Shown here: positions 47,579 to 59,180 of the stretch, one piece after another
How positions within the stretch are numbered: the first letter of the stretch is position 1
Layout: the number at the start of each line of letters is the position of its first letter
Program-made: the position numbers and the translations under genes
The notes under the pieces: model-generated
What the model was told of the DNA's origin: nothing
The model's database searches: none
Seen by the model: the letters and a program-made list of their open reading frames with translations, nothing else
Assembly: GCA_030770535.1 (NCBI GenBank)
Contig: JASVEC010000015.1
Span: 744,001-808,000, forward strand
DNA length: 64,000 nucleotides
Reading direction: 5' to 3'
Source of the DNA: Batkoa obscura
Taxonomy: Eukaryota

Positions 47579-49648
47579 ATGAGTACTGAAAAAGAAATTC
47601 AGCATAATGAGGGGGTTGATTACACTGATGAAAAATATGAAATATCGGGATTAAAAGATATCGATCCAAATGATGATAATTACGGTTTTGAAGATATAGC
47701 CCATTTCACTTGGCGCTCAGTAATTGTCGGTTCATTAATTGGTATTATTGTTGTTGCAAGTAATATGTACCTTGGTCTTAAGGCAGGTAATACATTCTCA
47801 GCTGCTATGCTTGGTGCCGTTTTAGGTTTTGTAGTTATGAAGCCACTTTCTTTAGCCTTACCAGAGAAATTTGGTGGAGGTTATTTCGGTATACGTGAAA
47901 ATTGCTCTTTACAATCAGCTGCAACAGCAGTTGGTTCCTTATCTGCTGGTTTCCAATCTGGTATCCCAGCTATTTATTTACTTGACAGAGGCTTATTACC
48001 ACCTATTGATGATGCCTGGGGTATTTTATTACTTTGGACTACTGCAGCTGCTTTCCACGGTTTATTCTTTGGCATTCCATTAAGAAATTATTTTATTATT
48101 CAAAGAAAGTTAATTTTCCCAACTCCAACTGCCGCTGCTGAATCTATTAAGACATTACATTCAAGCGCCAACGCTGAAAAATCAGCTTTCCAACAAGGTA
48201 GATGGATTTTTGGAGGATTTGCTGCCATGTTTTTATGGAAAATCCTTTCCTACTTTGTTCCATTTATTTGGGATTTCCATATTCTTTATTGGATTGGGAC
48301 AGCTGCTAATTACCCTGCACTCATTACGGCAGATACTCAATGGAAGTGGAGATTCCAAACTACCGGTGCCTTTGTTGGATCAGGTATGTTAGTAGGACTT
48401 AATACCGGTATTTCATTTTTAGCTGGTTCCATATTCAGTTTTGGTATTGTTGGTCCGCTTATGCAATCTTATACTGACATTTTAACCAAATCTAAAGCTT
48501 ACGGTTTCTCTAAAGATGGTAAGCCAACAGCACAATATTGGTTTATCTGGCCTGGAGTCACTATCCTCATCGTTGCAACCTTCACTGAACTTTTACTTAA
48601 CTACAAAACTATTTTTAATGCATTTTCTGGCATGACTAATTCTTTGCGTAATCAACTTGCTAGATTTCTACCCTTTGTTAGTAAAACTGAAAACATCGAT
48701 TACAACGAAATCGATCCTGTCCCATCCCATCTCCGTATTCCTACTTGGGTATGGGCTATTGGGCTTACCTGTACATCTGTCTTTTCTATCCTCGTTCTTC
48801 ATTTCTCTTTTGAAGTTACTGTAGGTGGATGCTTCTTATCTTTGTTTTTGGGATTCCTTCTTGCCTTTATTGGCTGTCAATCTGCAGGAGATATCGATAT
48901 TAACCCTATGGGTTCTATTGGAAAGATTACTCAAATTACGTTTTCGGGCCTTTCTTTTCCAACAGAAAATATTGCACTTAAAGTCAACTTGATTTCTGGT
49001 GTTGCATCAATGAGTACCGCTGCTCAAGCAGTTGATATGGTATCTGATCTTAAAACTGGTCATATTTTACGCGCTTCACCTAAATCTCAATTTTACGCAC
49101 AAACTGTTGGTTCCATTGTAGGAATTTTTGCTGCTGTTGTTATGTTTTGGGTATTTGGTAAAGCCTATCCATGTGCACTTGATAAAAATTTGATAGATAA
49201 ATGTCAATTTCAAGTACCAGCTGGTGTTGCCTGGGCCTCAGTTGCTGAGGCATTAATTGGTGGTGTAAATTCTATTCCAGTCTCTTCCGGTTATGCCTGT
49301 TTAGCCTTTGGGATTTTTACATTTATTATTATTGTGCTAAAGCGTACCTATTTAAAGAAATATGCAGCTTATATTCCTAATATGAATGCATTTGGTATGG
49401 CTTTTGTTACTCCCACTCCTTACATCCCTATTGCTCAATTCCTTGGAGCACTTATTAGAGAAATATGGAAAAGATATGATCCAGAAAATTACGAAATTGG
49501 TGTTGTTGGATTAGCTTCTGGATTTTTAGCTGGAGAAGGTATTGGTGGGGTTGTTCATGCTATCTTTAATGTTGCGGGATTAGACCAAGCTGTCGTAGCG
49601 ACTGGCTTTGCCTGTCCTAGTGAAGACGCTGCCAATTGCTCTGACTAA
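47579..49648 (+). CDS. OPT-family oligopeptide / YSL-like transporter
   Basis: FTWRSVIVG...NMYLGLKAG, ENCSLQSAATA, LIFPTPTAAA, DINPMGSIGKITQ, DLKTGHILRASP, ASGFLAGEG. Confidence 0.94.
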   Translation: MSTEKEIQHNEGVDYTDEKYEISGLKDIDPNDDNYGFEDIAHFTWRSVIVGSLIGIIVVASNMYLGLKAGNTFSAAMLGAVLGFVVMKPLSLALPEKFGGGYFGIRENCSLQSAATAVGSLSAGFQSGIPAIYLLDRGLLPPIDDAWGILLLWTTAAAFHGLFFGIPLRNYFIIQRKLIFPTPTAAAESIKTLHSSANAEKSAFQQGRWIFGGFAAMFLWKILSYFVPFIWDFHILYWIGTAANYPALITADTQWKWRFQTTGAFVGSGMLVGLNTGISFLAGSIFSFGIVGPLMQSYTDILTKSKAYGFSKDGKPTAQYWFIWPGVTILIVATFTELLLNYKTIFNAFSGMTNSLRNQLARFLPFVSKTENIDYNEIDPVPSHLRIPTWVWAIGLTCTSVFSILVLHFSFEVTVGGCFLSLFLGFLLAFIGCQSAGDIDINPMGSIGKITQITFSGLSFPTENIALKVNLISGVASMSTAAQAVDMVSDLKTGHILRASPKSQFYAQTVGSIVGIFAAVVMFWVFGKAYPCALDKNLIDKCQFQVPAGVAWASVAEALIGGVNSIPVSSGYACLAFGIFTFIIIVLKRTYLKKYAAYIPNMNAFGMAFVTPTPYIPIAQFLGALIREIWKRYDPENYEIGVVGLASGFLAGEGIGGVVHAIFNVAGLDQAVVATGFACPSEDAANCSD

Positions 49649-50246
49649 AGCTATACTCTCACTATACTATACAATTATCCTCGTACTAATTTAATAATTA
49701 AAAGTTTTTTTACAATAAACTTAACCATTTTTTAAGCTTTTATGTCTATAAAAAATTATTTTGAATTGTAACCATTCTAAAAGAATTAAAATAGTGTATT
49801 GAAATACTTGAACGAACAATACTTTTGAAATTTTTTCAATGCAAAATAGGGTGTTATAGGAGAAAACTTACACTTATTAAGATAACAAGAATATTAATTT
49901 ATTTACAGATATTCATAATTGACTAAACAGTATAAAAAGTATAGGAGGTTTATAAAGGGAGATTATAATTGAAACTTTACTAGCTTATAAGAACATGAAA
50001 GTGTGAGATAAAAAAAGAATTAAAATAAAACCACATAAAGGAAGTATAATAATTGCTATATTGCTATTTTTGTCACTGTCTTCTAAAATATATCCTTTAT
50101 TTCTTATTACTTCGAGTCTTTATCTTATCTTATCTCATTGTAGCTTGCCAGATCGAGAATAGCTTACATTACTAAATTTTTAAAAGGAGCTCCTTTTATT
50201 TAGTAACTCTGCTTTGCCCAAAAGAACGCTTAAGACATGAGGATAT

Positions 50247-50336
50247 GGTGATGTCTTTTTTGATTTTATTACTTTTCCATTTTTTAAGTGTTATTTAGAG
50301 TGGGAAAGATTGTTAGTAAATCCTTAAATAAAAAAA
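50247..50336 (-). mobile_element. MITE family 1 copy, reverse orientation, lacking one TIR
   Basis: ATAT|GGTGATG...ATTACTTTTCCAT...GTGGGAAAGATTGTTAGTAAATCCTTAAA, running directly into the next copy. Confidence 0.8.
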
Positions 50337-50341
50337 GATAT

Positions 50342-50432
50342 GGGGATCTTTTTTCATTTAAGGATTTTACTACTTTTTTCTGCTTAATAGTACTCAAAAA
50401 ATGAAAAAGCGATGAAACCAAAAAAACACTGT
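50342..50432 (+). mobile_element. MITE family 1 copy (degenerate 3' TIR)
   Basis: ATAT|GGGGATCTTTTTTC..AAGGATTTTACTA...ATGAAAAAGCGATGAAACCAAAAAAACAC. Confidence 0.8.
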
Positions 50433-50608
50433 TACATGATATTTTTAGATAAAATAAGCTTTCATTTCAGTTAAGACATGTGTACCAAATTACGAGATAA
50501 AATGAGGATAATGTGTTATTGAATGGAGGAAAAGAATCAGGAATATAAAAAAAACTTCAGAAATTCAATTATTCGAATGTTTTGTTATATTACACAAACT
50601 ATCTCGAG

Positions 50609-51166
50609 ATGTCACTAAAATTGATTACTTTGTCCTTAGTATTCTCCATGGGATTAGCTTACAATGTTGAAGATGTTGGAGAGCGCAACTATCGAGGAGA
50701 TAGCCACTTAGAAAGTTACGCGAAGACGCCAAATAATTACTATAATAAAGATATGAGCTATAAGAAAATGAAGTCTTATGATGAGTTGAGTGATATGCAT
50801 GATCGTTATAATAAACATAATGATTATAACAATTATAGCAACAATAAGTATAGCACTGGCTCAGAAGCTTATGACGATTATAACAAGCATTCAAAGGATC
50901 AATACAACAAAATTGACTACAAAAGCAGTAATAATTATGAAAAGAATCATATGAACTCATATGATTCCAATAATAGTTATAACAAGGTGGAAAATAAAGA
51001 GTATCATAAACACGATAATGGGTATGCTAAAAAATCAGATAATTCGTACTCTGACCAATACCAAGCTACTGCTGTCCCCAGCCAACATGAAAGTAAAGGT
51101 AAATGGAGAGATTTACTTTGTGACAAACTTGGCTATGATAATATAAAAAGTAACAACTCTTACTAG
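50609..51166 (+). CDS. Small secreted low-complexity Y/N/D/K/S/H-rich protein
   Basis: ATG at 50609 gives signal peptide MSLKLITLSLVFSMGLA, followed by repeated YNKH/YDDY/SYD motifs; no recognisable domain. Confidence 0.65.
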   Translation: MSLKLITLSLVFSMGLAYNVEDVGERNYRGDSHLESYAKTPNNYYNKDMSYKKMKSYDELSDMHDRYNKHNDYNNYSNNKYSTGSEAYDDYNKHSKDQYNKIDYKSSNNYEKNHMNSYDSNNSYNKVENKEYHKHDNGYAKKSDNSYSDQYQATAVPSQHESKGKWRDLLCDKLGYDNIKSNNSY

Positions 51167-51552
51167 CCTTCCCCCTTATTTCATTTTATCTTTAAGAATA
51201 ATAATCAAGGTTTTTTAAAATAATATAAATGATCAATAAAAATCAGTCATAAGTTATTATTATTTTTATTAAATTGTACATTATTAGTTAGTGGGACTTA
51301 TTATGTTTTGTAACAAAACAATAGTATCGGTTTCAATGTATTAGTTTTTATATAGTATGCACGAATGCATTTTAATTTGATTGCAAATGCATCAAAAACA
51401 ATATTAAAACGAGCTTAATCATTATAAAGTTTGAAATAAAAATAAAAATAAGCTATTCCAAGAAAATTATTTATTGTGGTAAGCTTCAAGTTCAAAATTA
51501 ATTAGCATAACTTTTATAGAAAAAATACAATGTGGTTTCAATTGGTAATAAG

Positions 51553-52116
51553 TTATTTTTTTATACTAACTTCTTGTGTTTTTCTCCTATCTCCAAGTCT
51601 TAAAACATACTCATTCATAACCCCTGATGAATAGGAGCTAAGTGATAGCTTATAGCTATCTTTTAAATTAAGGTCTTCGATAAATGGGATCACACTGATA
51701 AGCTTAGGTTCCCTTTGTAACCTAGACATATGCTTCACCCTTTGAGCCAGCTCAATTTTTTCCGATATATAAGTTAAATTGGTTTCATAGGTTTTATCTT
51801 TCTTTTTTTTAAAACGACGATACAACAGAATGATAATTCCAATTAAAATCATCAATATGAACCCTAATATACTTATTATAATAATCAAGGTAGCGTTTTT
51901 TTGTTGATAAGATGTTGGATTTGATATACATTGGGTCATTGGGCATGTATTACAGTCTCCGGGTGTTATAGCGCATGTTTCATCAATCTTGCATTTTTTA
52001 CAACTATCTTGAGTTATTTTGGGACATCTTATACAGGTCTGATTTGTATTTATTAAAGGCTCGACATTGCTGAATAAAAAGGAAGTAAAAGTTAATCGAA
52101 CCCAATTTAATTTCAT
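51553..52116 (-). CDS. OPY2: Opy2-like single-pass membrane protein
   Basis: 8-Cys domain CIRC.....SCKKCKIDETC.....CNTCP..QC, then a TM helix and a basic stop-transfer RRFKKKK; probable start at 52116. Confidence 0.65.
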   Translation of the reverse strand: MKLNWVRLTFTSFLFSNVEPLINTNQTCIRCPKITQDSCKKCKIDETCAITPGDCNTCPMTQCISNPTSYQQKNATLIIIISILGFILMILIGIIILLYRRFKKKKDKTYETNLTYISEKIELAQRVKHMSRLQREPKLISVIPFIEDLNLKDSYKLSLSSYSSGVMNEYVLRLGDRRKTQEVSIKK

Positions 52117-53408
52117 ATTAAGAAGACAATAAATTGAAAATGATTTTTTTATATTTTTATATTGCATCTGGTATCCTTTAATACTATTTTATTCTTTTTT
52201 ACTCTAATTTTATTTTTAAGATTTCAAGTTGCTGTCATCAATTTTTTTGTTCTTTAAAAGAGCTAAGAATTCCCCCCTTTACTAAAAGTTAAAGTTCAGG
52301 ATTTTTTAGTATTTCCTATAGAATTTAAATAGAGAGCTGGTTTCTTCATCTTTTGTTTTATAAAAATTAAATTACAATATAAAACATTATATCATTGATT
52401 TATTATGGTATAATGTTTTATATGCTTGATTAATTTGAGCTGTTTTTGTATTAAGCTTACCAACCATGTACTATGTTTAATATAAGTAGTAATAATAAAT
52501 TTCTTTTTATCCTTATTTAAAATGGAAACAAGAAAATGAGAATAGTACACAATTCCCCATAAAGGTAAAGTACTACAGTATACCCCTTTTAAAAATGAAC
52601 ATGCTGAGTATAATTTTTAAATGAATTTAAAGTGCAAAATTAGACTACGTTCAAAGTCAATAGGAGGAGAAATTATCTTATTGAATATAAGATCCCCCAA
52701 AAGGCCCACTATCTCTTTATTTACCAGCTAATCATTTAAATTTGATTTCTTCTAACAACAAAACACTTGCGAACTTTTGGTTCCTTCAAAATTTACGATT
52801 TTTTTAAAAAAATTTCAAGTAGTAATATTACAAATAGGCTTTTGGCATAACCTTATGATAATAAATACTATTTTAGTTAATAATTTATTAATAATTTATT
52901 AACAATTTTTATTATAATATAAAATTAACGATATAAATTAATTTTAAAGAGGTAAAGTAAAAAATGTAAACTGCCCAAAAAGAAATTATACACTGCAGTT
53001 TGAAGTGCAAAAGACTTTAACCGAAATTTTAAGTCTAAAAGGCATATTTTTTCTTGTCTAATATTAAATATAAATATTACAAAAAGGAAATAAAAACAGT
53101 GTAAAATATAGTCAAGCTCTATATTGTAGTTACATGTATTTAACTAATAATATCGGTACTATAAACAATGACTAAAGATTGTTCATTTTGTTTTATTAAT
53201 AATAAGTTATGCCAAGCTACTTGAAATAGCAGTTGATAAAGATTCGGTTAAAACTCAACAAACAACGGTTATAAATCAACATCATATAATAGAACAATGA
53301 TAATAATCAAACATCAAACATCAATAGTAAACAACTTTAAGTTGTATTTTTATCTTTGTTGTTTTGTCTTTGTTTTTAATTCTTAATTTTTTTTAACCTT
53401 TTAATACC

Positions 53409-54486
53409 ATGCTCTTTTCACATATCTTTTATTTAATACCTTTACTCTCTTTAAATCATGTCATTACTAAAACAATAGCGAATAGCACTTATGAAGGTAA
53501 TTATTATCTTTATATTTAAAATATACATAACCCAAAATAGCTTGAATCGCAACTATAAAGACACTAAAGATAGCATTACTAAATCATAATTATAGGTTGT
53601 TATGAGTATCCTAATTTAGTATTAGAGAGAGACAAGGAGAGTGGAATAAGTACTAAAAAAATTGAAGATGACAAGATACCTCCAGTGTATTTTAACGGCT
53701 TAACAAAAAAAAATTTACCAAGCCCATATATCTCCGATCAATTAAATGTAAACCATTGTGTTTTACTATGTCAATACTTAAATTTTACATGGTCAGCCTT
53801 AATGAACGGCTCGGAATGTCGATGTGGGAATACTCTCCTTCCTAGTGTATTATCATCCTTATCTTTTTGTAAAAAAAATTAATATTTATTTGATAGTCCT
53901 TTAAATCTGATGAAGAAAATTGCAAAACTAAATGTTCTGGTGATATGGAGCAAAATTGTGGTGGCGGAAGGTATTTTATTTTTACTAATTTTTGGTATTG
54001 AAGCTAATTGGCATTGTATAGTAACTTTACCAGCATATACACAACAGGTAATTCAAATTTACTATATAAGTATGAAATTGATAGTAATAATTAGGTTATA
54101 CAAGCACTGGTGAAACCAATAAGCATATGATGGATAATACACAGGTCACAGACACCTATAATAACAATGAAGCTAGTAACAACCATGTCCTACTAATCAT
54201 GCTGCTATGTTTGTTATTTTTATTTTTAGGAACAATATTAGGATTAGTTGTTAGTAGAGTAATAAGCAGATACAGATCTAGTAGAAAGGTTTGTGAGATT
54301 AAAAATAAATCGATGTATAACAATGTCAAGTTTATCCCTACCCACTCTAAAGCTGCTAGTTTACCCGTTACTGTTCGATCTTTTGGGACAGAGGAACAGC
54401 TAGATTCAAACTTAATATCTATTAGAAAACAAATAGAATTAGAAAAAACATTAAATAGATTGAACTCAAATTTAAATCTTAAATAA
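53409..54486 (+). CDS. WSC-domain single-pass cell-wall sensor, multi-exon
   Basis: Signal peptide MLFSHIFYLIPLLSL; spliced YEGCY, LNVNHCVLLC...ALMNGSECRCGN and CKTKCSGDMEQNCGGG; C-terminal TM helix in the last exon. Confidence 0.85.
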
Positions 54487-54532
54487 AAAATCATAATAAT
54501 TTATTATAACTAAACATTTCATTCTGCTATTT

Positions 54533-54631
54533 GGGGATGTATTTTTGTGTTTAAGAATTTTACTACCAAATTTTCCACGCAAATAGCGCTTAAAAGATGG
54601 AAAAAGTAATGAAGCCAAAAAAAACACTCCC
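54533..54631 (+). mobile_element. MITE family 1 copy, TSD ATTT
   Basis: ATTT|GGGGATG...CACTCCC|ATTT. Confidence 0.92.
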
Positions 54632-55133
54632 ATTTATTAAAAGTTTTTATCCAAAAAGGTTTTGAAAATTAAATATTAATGTAATAAGTTTTATGTAAAG
54701 TTATATAAATGTCAAAATTTCAAAAACTATTTTAGTAAAAAAATCTGTAGTTGATGCTGTATGTGTTAAAAAATATTTTTATTATAATTTGAATTTATTT
54801 AATACTTCAAATTATTATTTGTATTTAAATATAAATTTGATAGGGTGACCTTGGAAAAATCAAAACAGGCCAACTTTGCCTGCTTTTTTTCTGGCTTGCC
54901 ATCCGATTATTTCTTTAAGATTTTTATTTTTTTCTATGTTTTTGTTTGGCTTTAGTCAGGTAGCTTAAAAAGGTTATTATCTGTCTAATAAAAAAGTATG
55001 AAAGTACTTAAATAATAGCATTTGATTAAGGATTATTAATAATATATTATAATATTCGGATAAACTTTAATAAAATAATCAATATAACAATTAGTAGTTT
55101 GACTTTATTTTAATAAAATTACAATTAATAAAC

Positions 55134-56636
55134 TTAGGAGGCATATGAAGAAGCTAGGATCTCTTCAATTGTACGTCCTTTAGTTTCAGGTATGAATGAA
55201 AATATAAATATTGCTGATGCGAATGTTATAACAGCAAAAATAACAAATGTGTAATCTCCTAAGCCAGATAATATCGTTGGGAAAAGTAACCCAACAGCAA
55301 AATTACAAAACCAATTGACTCCCATGGCAATAGCTGATGCTGCAGCTAATGGTTTGGTTGGGAATATTTCCGATATTATTAACCATGGAATTGGCCCTAA
55401 CCCAATAGCAAATGAAGCAACAAATAATAATACACTAACAACAACTAAAATATCAACGAGATAAACTGACCCAATTACAATTAAAACACTGAAGATACAC
55501 ATTCCTAATAAACTAAGTAATAGTAAAAATTTACGACCTAATCTATCAATTAAAAAGACAGAGAGAATAGTAACAATCAAATTAAGAACTGCTACACCCA
55601 AAGTAACATAAGGTGCATTTTCGGAACCAAAAGTCTTTTCAAATATAGATGTTGAATAGAATATAACCCCATTTATACCTGAGAATTGTTGAGCTGCATG
55701 AATAACTACTGCCCATGTTAAATGTCTAAATAATACTTTGTCCTTAAATAATTGCATAAATGGATTAACATCAGTACTTTGATCTAATGGTAGATCATTA
55801 GTATCATCTTTTGGAGAACTATATTGTCCTTCTACGATTTCATTAAATTCATTCTCAATATTATAGCCACGTCTTAATTTTTCTAAATTTTCTTTTGCTT
55901 TTTCCATATTACGAACAGATACAAGATACCTTGGGGTTTCTACGCACATGGGAAATAAAACTAATTGAAGGATAGCTGGAACAGCAGTAATAGCAAATAA
56001 TACTCTCCATCCAGGTGAACTGTTTAATGGAATACTGATACCTTGTGCAAATAAGATACCAACTACCATCATAAATTGTAATACGGCACCCATGGCACCT
56101 CTACATTTATTAGTAGCAATTTCTCCAATATAAGTAGATACTCCTACAGAAGCAATACCACTGCCAACACCAACTAAAAATCTTCCCACTCCCATTTGAG
56201 CCAATGTAGTAGCAGTTCCCAATAATACTCCACCGACTATAAAGAAAACATTGTTTAATAATAAACTGTTACGTCTACCTAACCAAGATAATAATTTGGA
56301 AGCGGATAAACCGCCAAAACCTCCTCCTAAAGCAAATAATCCAATAACGACACCCCTAATTTACATTTTAGAAATAATAAAAAACATTATATATTTGTGT
56401 ACTTACCATACTAAATCACTTGCTGGTAAACAATCCGGGAAGCCATTTTCTACTGTAACTTCCCCACATTTACGAATTGTAGCTTCTGGAATATTCGCTA
56501 CACCAGTGTTGAATCCAGAATTAAAAGCTGCCAAGGCAGCTACAATACAAGAAAATATTAAATATCCATTGATATTCAATTCCTTGGAGTCTAAAGCAAC
56601 ACTTAAATCACTACTATTATTTTTATCTTTAATCAT
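55134..56636 (-). CDS. Sugar porter family (GLUT-like) MFS hexose transporter, 2 exons
   Basis: Exon 1 56636-56407, intron 56406-56356, exon 2 56355-55134; FNSGFNTGV, YIGEIA...RG, ETPRYL, QQFSGINGVIFYS, DRLGRK, GLGPIPW...EIFP, PETKGR. Confidence 0.95.
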
Positions 56637-57483
56637 TTATTGAAATTGAAGACATTCGATTGTCTTTTTATATTGTTTCTTAAAATTATTATTTATGCCT
56701 TTTTAATTTAGCCAATAAGATGGTTTCATCCGTTTAAGCACAGGTGAAATTTATGAACTGATTAAAATGCTAAACAATATGATACAAAAATTGACTTATT
56801 TTTGTCAATCAGTTCAGTTATTATTGGTTTTGGTTAAAGAATTCTAGGTCTTACTGTTATAAAAAAAATTATATTAAATAGTATTAATTTGTTTATGTCA
56901 ATAAACTTTATTGAATTTACATTGTTTTTATTTAGCTATTTTCTTTTTAAATTATTTTATACATGAGGAATTAAATATTTTTATTTCACGCACAAATGAT
57001 TTAGTTATGAGCAAACAATTAAAATCTATTATTATTTTATAAACCCTGAGTTCAAATTTATCAAAGGCTTAAATGACATCAAATTCTTAAATTAATTTTG
57101 TTAATAAGCCATTAGTAAATTATGTAAAATTAAAAATAAGATTGAAAAAAAAGCTAATGTGAGTTTTTACTGTAAATGTTTTAAGGTGGTCTTTAGTTTT
57201 ATTAAAAAGCAGGCAAAGCTTTAGAATAGTTTGAGATTGCAAATCTTTTGAAAGATTGCTAACTTAGTTTATGATTAGCTACAATATTTTATTACAATTA
57301 TAATATGCTTGGATCAATGTAAAGTTTAACAATTTAAATGGAACTATAAACTACTATATAACAAAGTAGTATTCATATAGCTTAATTATTATTGGTCTTT
57401 TAAACTCTATTAATTATATCACATTTATAACTCTATCCAAAAAAACTCTTTTAAATTAAATATAGTCATAGTATTTTATATAT

Positions 57484-57580
57484 GGGATGTACTTTTTTGT
57501 TCAAGAATCTCGCTAACAGTTTTTCCACTCAAATAGTGCATAAGAATGAAAAAAGCAATGGAACCAAAAGAAGCATCCTC
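57484..57580 (+). mobile_element. MITE family 1 copy, TSD ATAT
   Basis: ATAT|GGGATG...CATCCTC|ATAT. Confidence 0.88.
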
Positions 57581-58431
57581 ATATTATTTGTGAGGATGAT
57601 TTGAGTACAATGGAATAGTATCGCAATAAATCACGTAAACTATTTCATTTTAGTATAATTAGCTTTATAGTCAATGTTTATACAGTAAATTTATATGAAT
57701 ATATCCACATTATGCTTACCACTATAAATAAAACACTTGTGAGTTTGCATTTTTAATATTTAAATAAAAATAAAAATAAAATAAAATAAAATAAAATATT
57801 TGTTTTGACAAACAGAACTTCATACTCGATATTTGTAACAAAACAAGATGGAATTTTGTACTTTCCGCAGAAAACAGGGATAAAAATTATAAACAAGGGT
57901 TATTAAACCGTTAAAATCCTTAAGTATAATTTTAATACTTTTAAAACTTTTAAACGTATTTATTTTTAATAAACTCCCTTTTATTGAAAGTTTATTTATA
58001 ACATAACAAAACACTATAATTTTAAAGTAAATATTACATTTTCTATTTAAAGTTTTATTATATTTTAATCATTTTTCTTACATAACTCCTAAATAGAATA
58101 AAACCCAGACTCAAAACCACTTTCAATGACAAGCTTTAACTTTGAGTATAAACTTGTAAAAAATGTTTTACAATAAAAAATTGAAGGAGTGCGGCTAAAT
58201 ATTATAGGTAATAAAATGGATAAACTTCAATTCAACTAAAGCAGTTTTAATGATGTACTAATGAACATGTATATTTCATTGAGTGATAGTATTTTCTAAT
58301 ATACTTGTTAACTCTTTCAATACCAAATTTTTCAAAAAATTATGCCCCATTATATCATACTTTTTAATCAATTCTATGCTAATTGGATCACGATTTCTCT
58401 AAAACTCAATACTCAAAGGGTTAATTTGAAT

Positions 58432-58591
58432 TACAACTGCTACAACTCTATTGCGACAACTAACTATTCGCTTAAGAATAAATTTTTCTGAATCATGCCA
58501 AAATAGTTAAGTATTAAAAAAATTTAACAAACAAATAGTTGACTGTAAAAACTACCGCAAATTAAGTCGTAATAGAGTTGTAGTAGCTGCA
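58432..58591. mobile_element. MITE family 2 copy (26-bp imperfect TIRs)
   Basis: TACAACTGCTACAACTCTATTGCGAC ... GTCGTAATAGAGTTGTAGTAGCTGCA (22/26 complementary). Confidence 0.6.
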
Positions 58592-59180
58592 AACTGTATT
58601 TAAACTCAATTCATCATGATTTTATTTTGATTTGGAACTATGTGTAGACAATGCTCATTTGTGATAGTAAAGTAATTAAAAATTAGTTGAATCTTTTAAT
58701 ATGAAGGTTTTAATTACAATGCTATCAGAGTTATTAAGTAGCCATATATGCTTTTTTAAGGGGAAATCTTATTTGTTATGGATATATAGCTGCTATATTG
58801 AGAATACTTGCAGCAAAAGCAACATTATTTTTAAACAAAGCATCATTTACTGTTGCAACCAATAACTTTTGGATTTTTTTATTAAAAAAGAGCAAATATG
58901 AAATGGCCCAACATTAACTACTTTTAAAAAAATGATACACTATGGACTATTTTGAAAAATGGTCTGTCTACTCATTAAAAAAGGGTTTAAATTTTTCTAA
59001 ATTTAAACTCACTAAAAACAAGATTATCTAAACAAAAAAATTCATTTAAAATTTAAGATCAACTAAAAAGATTAGTTTTAATCAAAGAGAAGTTTGATGA
59101 ACTTTATAAATATAAATATTTTACTACACTAAAAAAAGAAATCCTATCTTTTTAAATAATTTTGTACTACTAAATTAAAG

